41,355 nt of DNA from Eledone cirrhosa. Taxonomy: Eukaryota. Numbering within the stretch: the first letter of the stretch is position 1; the number at the start of each line of letters is the position of its first letter. Shown here piece after piece: positions 30,278-41,355 of this stretch. The stretch is from contig CAXHJY010000774.1 in NCBI GenBank assembly GCA_964016885.1, positions 1 to 41,355 on the forward strand, given 5' to 3'. A program made the position numbers and the translations under genes. The notes below the pieces were generated by a model, which saw nothing but the letters and a program-made list of their open reading frames with translations, searched no databases and was not told the origin of the DNA.

Positions 30278-30594
30278 GGATATTCTCAGTGCACAGCCGG
30301 AGGCAGGTCTGCAAGTATTGGTCACGTGCAACCATTTTGATTCCTTATTTGTTTATTCTATTTAGCTGTTTCATTGAATGTACTCCCAATCGTCATATTT
30401 GTGCAGTGCTTAGTGAAGCTATTTTTCTTTATGTCATGTTTGCATATTTCTAAGATCTCTGGTATTTTAGGGGTTATGTTATTTGGTCAGAATCTGCTTT
30501 AGTCATTCCCAAGGCATCAATTATTATGCCAATTGTTTCTATTTTCATTTTATAACGCTGGATTCTTTGTGATTTAACGAGAATATCCTGTTTC
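30278..30594 (-). mobile_element. Decayed 3' end of an R4/Dong-like (RLE endonuclease) non-LTR retrotransposon
   Basis: Minus-strand translations QRIQRYKMKIETIGIIIDALGMTK and KIASLSTAQI*R resemble the RLE C-terminal pattern ...TIPIIVGALG...QKIALLGTAHILR; stops and frameshifts present; the 3' end runs into TAA-like repeats. Confidence 0.6.
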
Positions 30595-31229
30595 ATGCAT
30601 TCTTTGATTTCGGGTTTTGTCTTTCTTTTCTTGTTGTTCATATTTTTTTCTATATCTTGCTATATTTCTCTAATATTTGTCCCTCCTTTTATTTTTCATG
30701 TGTATATTTCCGTTACTGATTTAGTTAAGGATTCAGATATCTTTATTTTTCATTGTTTTTATGAAGGTTTTTTTTTTTTGATTTTTTTTTTTGTTTTGTA
30801 TGATTTTCACGTTATTTGCGTACGTTTTCCTATTCCTATATTTTCATATCTCAGTTATTACTCACTTTCTTTTGTAAGAAAATGCGATTGTTGAATATAT
30901 TTTGTTTATTTTGGGGATATTGATGTTCTCGGATTTGTTTGCAAAAGGTTTTAAGACGGCCATATTTATTGTATATTTATCATTGTTGTTATTTTATCAT
31001 ACAATTTCTTCTTGGGACTCTTTTAACTTTGCTTTACAGATGGAAATACGATCGATTCCCTTTCTTTAAATATGTTCACCTTTAGGTTATTGCCGTGTTG
31101 AGAATTTCCACGTTTAGATTCTCCCGTTTTCAAACATCCCTCGTTCAAAAATCCCTTTTTGTTCAATGTTCATATTTTTATTTCTGTCAACATATAAACA
31201 CTTTTATCCTTTACCCCTACGAATGCCAA

Positions 31230-31277
<48 letters not shown>

Positions 31278-31342
31278 TATATATTTATATATATATAAGT
31301 ATATATATATATATATATAAGTATATATTTATATATATATAA

Positions 31343-31414
<72 letters not shown>

Positions 31415-31466
31415 GTATGTATATATATATATATATATAAATGTATATATATATAAGTTTTCACTA

Positions 31467-31544
<78 letters not shown>

Positions 31545-31647
31545 ATGCATGGCAGTTTTCCATACAATGCTATTGGCAAAAAGAGTGAATTCCCTCTATA
31601 ATACAAATGCTTTCTTGAAGAGATATAGAAGGGTATCTCTCTTTCTT

Positions 31648-31702
<55 letters not shown>

Positions 31703-31849
31703 TACACACACACAGGCTCTTAGCGTCCCTAACCTTACTCTTCTTATTTTAACTCCCTACTCCTCGTAATTGACCAGAACTTAAGGTTTCTAGTTTCAAC
31801 CCTTTCATATAATGTCAACAGTAATATCTAAATATATACCTGTATATAT

Positions 31850-31864
31850 ATGTGTCTGTGTTTG

Positions 31865-31905
<41 letters not shown>

Positions 31906-31982
31906 TTGTGTATGCTTGTAAATATTTATATATATATGTATATATATGTGTGTATGTGTGTGCATGTATGCATGTATGCATG

Positions 31983-32019
<37 letters not shown>

Positions 32020-32034
32020 ACATATGTATGAACG

Positions 32035-32071
<37 letters not shown>

Positions 32072-32148
32072 ATGTGTGTTTGTGTATGCTTGTAAATATT
32101 TATATATATATGTATATATATGTGTGTATGTGTGTGTCTGTATGCATG

Positions 32149-32216
<68 letters not shown>

Positions 32217-32405
32217 TATATATGAACGTATATATATATATATGTGTATGTGTGTGTGTGTGTATGTGTGTTTGTGTATGCTTGTAAATATTTATATATA
32301 TATGTATATATATGGGTGTATGTGTGTGTCTGTATGCATGTAAATATATATATATATATATATATACATATGTATGAACGTATATATATATATATATATA
32401 TATGT
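31850..32405. repeat. Tandem triplication (about 180-190 bp) of a TA/TG compound unit
   Basis: tttgtgtatgcttgtaaatatttata...catgtaaata...atgaacgta occurs three times. Confidence 0.85.
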
Positions 32406-32899
32406 GAGTGTATGCGTGTGTGTATGTAGTATGTGTGTGAGCCTATGTGTTTATATACACTTACAGGGACAAAACAGCCAAGGCAGAGATACAAATACAC
32501 ACACACACACATACACACACACACACGTGTATTTTTTTATATATGTGTCAGTGTCAATGTATGTGTAAATACGTGTTAACATGTGTACAGGTGACTAAAG
32601 GTGCGGACATGTTCTCATTAATTAAGGTGAGAAATGCACATCAAATTACCTGCTGCTGTGGAATGCATGATAAAAAGAGACAAGCTCTTAAGATCACCAT
32701 TAATTCTCTCTCTCTCTATCTATCTATCTATCTCTCTCTCTCTCTATCGCTTTCTCTCTCTACATCTCTTTCTTTATATCTCTCTCACTCTCTCTCTCTA
32801 TCTATCTCTGTCTATCTCTGTCTCTGTCTCTCTCTCTATCTATCTATCTATCTTAGCTACATATCTCCCTCTCTTTACCTCTCACTCTCTATCTCTCTC

Positions 32900-32931
<32 letters not shown>

Positions 32932-33036
32932 AGCTACATATCTCTCTCTCTTTACCTCTCACTCTCTATCTCTATCTATCTTTGTCTATCTCTGTCTCTC
33001 TTTACCTCTCTCTCTATCTCTCTCTCCCTCTCTACA

Positions 33037-33069
<33 letters not shown>

Positions 33070-33070
33070 A

Positions 33071-33107
<37 letters not shown>

Positions 33108-33489
33108 GTGTGTATATGTAAAAATATATATATATATATATATATATGACTCCATTCTCTCTCTCTCTCTTTATCTCTATCTCTCTCTCTCTATCTATCT
33201 CGCTGTCAATCACTCTCTCTGTCCATATATGTGCATATCCACATTTATGCACACATACACATACATACATATATATACATATAGGCATACCTTTAGTATA
33301 TACGTACATATATATATATTCACAATCTGACTATGTATGCATATACATACAAATACGCACATATACATCCTTATACACATTTATATGTAAATATATGCGC
33401 ATATATATACACCTACCACACCCACCACACACACACACTTACGTACACACACATATATATATATATTTATGTGTATATGTATGCATGTA

Positions 33490-33579
<90 letters not shown>

Positions 33580-33726
33580 CTTCCCTTTGGGCTTCTGAAT
33601 GTGTACACATCATATATGATAATTTTCTCTGTGAAAGCCCTACCGCAGCTCCACCTAGTGTACGACAACCAGGTTTACGAGCGCCATGTTGACTTGCACA
33701 GAAATTCAATACCCTGGTCAGAGAGA

Positions 33727-33761
<35 letters not shown>

Positions 33762-33839
33762 TACACCAATCTACATTTGATTATACGCATATGATCTATA
33801 GAAATATATAAGCATGAATATGTATATAGCATAAATGTG

Positions 33840-34780
<941 letters not shown>

Positions 34781-34931
34781 ATAGGTGGGGGGGTGGGGAC
34801 ATACGACACTTCGCCACATAACACTGTCCACAAGGAACACCATAATTAGATTTATCCAGCTATTTCCCACGGAAAGTGTCTAAAGTATATTCTGTATATA
34901 CACATATATATATATACACATATATATATAC

Positions 34932-34975
<44 letters not shown>

Positions 34976-34988
34976 ATATATATATACA

Positions 34989-35035
<47 letters not shown>

Positions 35036-35404
35036 GTATATATATATAATTATGAGGTATTTGGGATTACGACACAAGCGTACAAAATGGCGTACAAAAT
35101 GGCGGATTGTGGAAGGAGAGTTAAGGTGACCTAAACTATAAAAGGCTCACGACTGTTGTAGGGTATCTTACTACATACCAATATACATCTGTATCTTCTG
35201 TGTGTATATATGTATGTGTGTGTATGTGAGTGTATATATATATACATATGTATATATATATTAAAATATATGAATATGCATGTGTATATACAAATGTTCA
35301 TATATATATATATGAATATTTGTGTGTGTATATATATATATATATTAAAATATATCAATATGCATGTGTATATACAAATGTTCATATATATATATATGAA
35401 TATT

Positions 35405-35450
<46 letters not shown>

Positions 35451-35671
35451 CATATATATATATGTGTGTGTGTGTGTGAATAACTGTGTGTAACATATAT
35501 ATAAATGAATATGTATATATATACATATATTCATATATAAATATTTGTGTCTATACATATATATATAACTGAATATTTATGTATATATATACATATTTAA
35601 TATATAAATATATACACATTCATATATCATAGATATGAATATGTATAGATTCATATATATACATATATATT

Positions 35672-35708
<37 letters not shown>

Positions 35709-35775
35709 TTATATACATATATATATATTTATATACATATATATATATATATATATATTTATATACATATATATT

Positions 35776-35868
<93 letters not shown>

Positions 35869-35885
35869 TTATATACATATATATT

Positions 35886-35938
<53 letters not shown>

Positions 35939-35939
35939 T

Positions 35940-35990
<51 letters not shown>

Positions 35991-36020
35991 TTATATACAT
36001 ATATATATATATATATTTAT

Positions 36021-36097
<77 letters not shown>

Positions 36098-36431
36098 TAA
36101 ATATACATACATTCATACATCATATATATAAATATGTATACATCCATATATATATATAGAGAGATAGATATATATATACATAAGTTCATAGCTATAAACA
36201 GTTAATATTCTATTTTACAGTCTGTCCTATCCTACAGGTGAAACTTTAACCACCTGTACTAAACGTCATGTTAAATCCTTATCTTCTTCTTACATTTCAA
36301 CAATGGCAAAGTTATCACTGTATGAAACGCTCTCCTTATTTATCCATACAACTCCCCCTCTCACCATCCCTCACTCCTTTTCTATATCTCGCCTTGCTCA
36401 TGAACATTTCTCCGTATATCTCTTCATTCAG

Positions 36432-36465
<34 letters not shown>

Positions 36466-36511
36466 TCCTCTTACTCTCTCTTCCTCCCCCTCTCTCTCTC
36501 TCCCTCTCTCA

Positions 36512-36560
<49 letters not shown>

Positions 36561-36681
36561 TATGTATGTATACGTACATACATATATGTATACGTACATA
36601 CATATATGTATACATACATACTTACATTTAAGTAAGTGCCGTACTAAGAGTGAGAAATGAAATTTCGTTTCATTCTATTCC

Positions 36682-36772
<91 letters not shown>

Positions 36773-36776
<4 letters not shown>

Positions 36777-36915
36777 GTTATTCCGGGTTGAATCGGAGTT
36801 AACCACAGTAAGTAACGTACTCAATACATTGGGAGAGTATAAAAGTTTTAATAGAGATTCCTGATGATTTCTAAAGAATGAAACAGTTCTAGTCCTGTAG
36901 AATCTCATCTATATT

Positions 36916-36920
<5 letters not shown>
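36773..36920. mobile_element. Family E pLTR remnant in inverted arrangement
   Basis: The left part matches 37198-37313 and 37934-38063 (element 3' end on the minus strand); the right part is the hammerhead on the plus strand. Confidence 0.7.
36854..36906 (+). ncRNA. Type I hammerhead ribozyme, intact core
   Basis: gagattc CTGATGA tttct-aa-agaat GAAA cag-ttctagtc-ctg TA gaatctc; 7-bp stem I, 4-bp stem III, GUA triplet. Confidence 0.85.
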
Positions 36921-36949
<29 letters not shown>

Positions 36950-36954
36950 AATAT

Positions 36955-37071
36955 ATTTCCGAGGACGGCATGTATATGTGAAGGTATGTATATTTCCTCT
37001 GATAATTTTTATATAGACCTATATGATATACATACCAACACACGTATGCATCCCAGAAACGATCGTAAAAT
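36955..37071 (+). ncRNA. Hammerhead ribozyme with very long stem II, core U4>C
   Basis: attt CCGAGGA ...atgtatatgtg/cacgtatgcat and ggtatgtatat/atatacatacc helices... GAAA cgatcg TA aaat; palindromic stem III acgatcgt. Confidence 0.65.
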
Positions 37072-37109
37072 GATGAATTTTTTAATTGTCTTTATTTCAT
37101 TGTTTTTAT

Positions 37110-37197
<88 letters not shown>

Positions 37198-37198
<1 letters not shown>

Positions 37199-37313
37199 TA
37201 AGTTATTCCGGGTTGAATTGGAGGTAACCACAGTAAGTGAAGTACTGAATACATAGCAGAGTATAAAAGTTTTAATATAGATGAGATTCTACAGGACTAG
37301 AACTATATATACA
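37198..37313 (-). mobile_element. Family E 3' end (from hammerhead stem III onward)
   Basis: Minus strand: agttctagtcctgtagaatctcatctatattaaaacttttatactc... Confidence 0.75.
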
Positions 37314-37329
37314 CATATATACATATATA

Positions 37330-37382
<53 letters not shown>

Positions 37383-37398
37383 ATGTGAATGTGTCTGT

Positions 37399-37895
37399 TG
37401 ACACCTGGAATATAGCTTAAGAGAAACATGACAATAATGATATGATAGGCACCCATTATTTTGAACTGGTTTATAGAATTCTCTTGGCCTTTGTTACTCT
37501 AAGTAGAGCTTTAAAGAATTAGATTTTAAAGAATTTCCCTTTTCTTTAAATCCATCAAACATGACCGACCCCAACGATCTTATAGACACCTGAAATATAG
37601 GCATTCTTAGCTTAAGAGAAACTTAAAAATAAGGAGTGGCACCCCAATCTGAACTTGTTTATAGAATTCTTTCTGCCTTTGTCACTCTAAATATAAATTA
37701 TAGCCTTAAAGAATTAGGTTTTAACGAATTCCCTTTTCTTTCAACCAATGACCTCCACCCATCCCACTCCCCACCCTCTCCTACCACCAGAAAAGATATA
37801 AATACCACAACATTTATTTTGGAAAGCCAGATTCCTAATGATTTCTAAAGAATGAAACAGTTCTAGTCCTGTCGTATCTCATCTATATTTAAACT
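37399..37895 (+). mobile_element. Family E longer copy: diverged tandem duplication (about 185 bp) plus decayed hammerhead (37829-37879)
   Basis: gacacctg.aatatag...cttaagagaaac...ggcaccc...gaact.gtttatagaattct occurs twice, then agattc CTAATGA tttctaaagaat GAAA cagttctagtcctg TC. Confidence 0.65.
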
Positions 37896-37933
37896 ATATA
37901 TATATATATATGTGTGTGTGTATATATATATAT

Positions 37934-38065
37934 GAGTCCGGGGTTCAATCGGGGGTAACAAGAATAAGTAAGGTACTCAATACATAAGTAGAGTATATAT
38001 AACACATTTAATATAGAAATGGCTTCTACAGGACTAGAACTGTTTCAATCGAATAAAATCAGGAT
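37934..38065 (-). mobile_element. Family E diverged copy, hammerhead core partly deleted
   Basis: Minus strand: cctgat..att GAAA cagttctagtcctg TA gaagcc. Confidence 0.6.
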
Positions 38066-38137
38066 ATATTTGCGTGTACATTGTATATAGAGATATATAT
38101 ATGCCAATAAATCCACATTGTGTATGTGTATATACAT

Positions 38138-38199
<62 letters not shown>

Positions 38200-38494
38200 A
38201 GAAATTAAAAGATGGTTAAAAAAGTGCCATATATTCTATAAACTGTTGAGTGGTACTTATCTGATATATGCATAGTTTTATTGTTCTACAATATTTATCA
38301 CCTTCTACATACATATATATATATATGTATGTATGTATGAATGTATATATATATGTATATACACACACAAAAACAAGATGTTGTAATGGTAAAAGCTGTA
38401 GAATCTGTTATATTGTAATGTACAGTGTTAAGTCTAGCAGAGGGAATAAACTATTCACTTTCATTGTGGCTGTATATATGTATAACAATGTTGT

Positions 38495-38970
38495 ATGTAT
38501 ACACATATATATATATACACACATTCATATATACACTTACATGCATGCATACATGCATGTATACACACAATTATACACAGACGTACACTTATATATATAT
38601 GTATATGTATATACACTTACATATATATATATACACACACATATATATATACATATATATATGCATACACACACACATACACTTAGATATACAGACAGAG
38701 AGAGAGGGGGAGAGAGAGAGAGAGGGGGCGACATATATATATATATATACACACACATTCATATATACACTTACATGCATGCATACATGCATGTATACAC
38801 ACAAATATACACGGACATACACATATATATATATGTATATGTATATACACTTACATATATATACACACACATATATATATATACATATATATACATATGC
38901 ATACACACACACATACACTTAGATATACAGACACAGAGAGAGAGAGAGAGGGGGGGCGACATATATATAT
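38495..38970. repeat. Tandem duplication (about 240 bp) of a TA/CA/GA compound unit
   Basis: acattcatatatacacttacatgcatgcatacatgcatg...gggggcgacatata occurs twice. Confidence 0.85.
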
Positions 38971-39481
38971 TTACCTCGGCTGCGTTTGTCTGTTTCTCTC
39001 TTACTGCTTCCCCGTTCTCTCTGTTGCTCTCACCTTCTTTCGCCCCCTCTGTCAGTTACACTTTCTCTCGACTGACCTCTTCCTCGCACTTCCACTCACT
39101 CACTCTCTGTTTCTCCCCTTCTCACTTCCTCCCGTTTGGCTAGTAGTGGGTTCTCTTCTTGCTCACATCTCACTCACGTCGGACGGTCTGTATATCGATC
39201 GCTCATGAAATCCACCCAGCTTATGCTGACCGGATAACCATGTTGCTTGTTTATTCCCATCTTTGCGTTGCTTTCATCCTTCTATGTTGTTTATTTGTCT
39301 CACTCGCTTTACGCGATTTACTTGTCCCAGTAGCTTTATTTAGCTATAGCTCGCACCAACCTGAGGTATATGATTTTTAATGCGAAGAAATACCAATGAA
39401 GGTTGGAAAATCACTGACGAAGGACTATTTTTATCATATGTAACCCATGTGCAACCACGCAGTATTCTTCTTTATTCTCAT

Positions 39482-39485
<4 letters not shown>
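38971..39485. mobile_element. Family A repeat, longest copy
   Basis: About 39091-39485 is near-identical to 5978-6370; flanked by (TA)n. Confidence 0.85.
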
Positions 39486-39520
<35 letters not shown>

Positions 39521-39764
39521 CATACACATTCAGATGTATATAAATTTATATATATATGTGTGAGTATATAAACATGTAAACTCTAACATTCACATACATT
39601 CACATACAAACATTCGACACACACACACACACACACAGACATGCGTGTGTATAGGTGGGATTGTACACACACCTACAAACACCTACACACATCTACACAC
39701 ACACACATATATATATATATCATCTACACACATTACACACATCTACATACATCAACACACCTCT

Positions 39765-39800
<36 letters not shown>

Positions 39801-39848
39801 CATCTACACACCTCTACACACACACACATATATATATATATATCATCT

Positions 39849-39890
<42 letters not shown>

Positions 39891-39944
39891 CTACACACAT
39901 CACACACACACACACATATATATATATCATCTACACACACATTT

Positions 39945-39986
<42 letters not shown>

Positions 39987-40449
39987 CATCTACAAACACA
40001 GGCAACAGATGTATATAAAATACTATTGTAGTGCTTCCGGGACGTCTGTATAAAAGCTCCCGTACGGAATAACTTAGTGTGAAATCTCCAAAGTTTTACA
40101 TATCCACTAATTATGAAACCTTTACGACGTCGTTTGCCGAGCAACTGAATTGTCAATGGGCACCGTAATATATACAGCAGCCGCTGTTTCGTATTTATCA
40201 CCTTCCAAATCAACTTTAGCTTTTTATTTTCGTTTCTCTCTTTAGTTTTATAACCTTTTATTTTACATCTATTTTTACATCTTTTCTTTTACATATTTTG
40301 TTTCGCATCTTTATTTTTACATCTTTATTTTTACATATTTTCTTTTGCATATGTTGTCTTGCATCTTTTTTTTTTTTTTCTTTTGGCATCTTTTATTTTT
40401 AATAGTTTTCTAATGTATTTCTTGCCCGTAGTTCCTTACTACTCGTCGC

Positions 40450-41190
40450 TACACTACACAGCCACCGCTACGAAGTATAATACACCACGCCACCACAGCA
40501 CACCACACATACCACTCCACACTACACAATACCATATATACCGCTGCTATGATCTATACTACACCACGCCACCACACCACAATAGACCACACCACACCAC
40601 ACCACACCACACATACCACTCCACACTACACAATACCATATATACCGCTGCTATGATCTATACTACACCACGCCACCACACCACAATAGACCACACCACA
40701 CCACACCACACATACCACTCCACACTACACAATACCACCTCTACCGCTGCTACGATCTATACTACACCACGCCACCATACCACAATAGACCACACCACAC
40801 CACACATACCACTCCACACTACACAATACCACCTCTACCGCTGCTACGATCTATACTACACCACGCCACCACACCACACTACACAATATCATCTCTACCG
40901 CTGCTACAAACTATACTACACCACGCCACCACACCACACCACACTACACAATACCATCTGCTACGAACTATACTACACCACACCACACCACACCACGCCA
41001 CCACACCACACCACACTACACAATACCATCTGCTACGAACTATACTACACCACACCACACCACACCACGCCACCACACCACACCACACTACACAATACCA
41101 TCTGCTACGAGCTATACTACACCACACCACACCACGCCACCACACTACACTACACAATACCACCTCTACCGCTGCTGCGAACTATACTAT
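40450..41190. repeat. CAC-rich minisatellite (unit about 60-105 bp)
   Basis: Recurring ccacactacacaataccacctctaccgctgctacgatctatactacaccacgccacc. Confidence 0.9.
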
Positions 41191-41355
41191 GCTTTGTTTA
41201 ACTGTATGTGTTTGTATGTATGCTTCCTGTATATGTATGTGTGTCAGTTTGAGTTTCCTTAGATGTGTATGGTTAGGAGCATGCATGTGTGTATGCTTGC
41301 GCAGATATATATATATATATGATTGAGAGCATGTATGTATATATATATATATATA

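Noticed and set aside
31612-31640. ttgaaga gata..tatctc partial hammerhead
   Set aside because: Truncated by (CT)n before any GAAA; too little remains to call.
40450-41190. CRISPR-like repeat array
   Set aside because: The intervening segments are themselves repeated CAC runs rather than unique spacers; eukaryotic context with no cas genes.

Overview
Eukaryotic, extremely microsatellite-rich DNA ((TA)n, (TG)n, (GA)n, (TATC)n, (GGT)n, (AAC)n, (ATC)n) with short islands of complex sequence between the tracts. The repeat spectrum and the SINE motifs point to an octopod cephalopod (inference from recalled repeat motifs, not a database hit). No protein-coding gene can be supported; almost every ORF in the track is a translation of simple repeats. 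The main hidden signal is that many islands fold into minimal type I hammerhead ribozymes (stem I - CUGANGA - stem II - GAAA - short, usually palindromic stem III - NUH - stem I). About 6 have intact cores, one has a compensatory U3:A8 core, and about 9 more are degenerate or truncated. They fall into roughly 8 or more unrelated sequence families, mostly embedded in (TA)n and often arranged as fold-back inverted repeats. This is the signature expected of Penelope-like retroelement pseudo-LTR remnants. Also present are tRNA-derived SINEs (including a head-to-head pair), a mariner-type MITE family, LINE remnants (Tx1/L1-like, R4/Dong-like, RTE-like), and unique islands that repeatedly carry YY1/Pho-type motifs.
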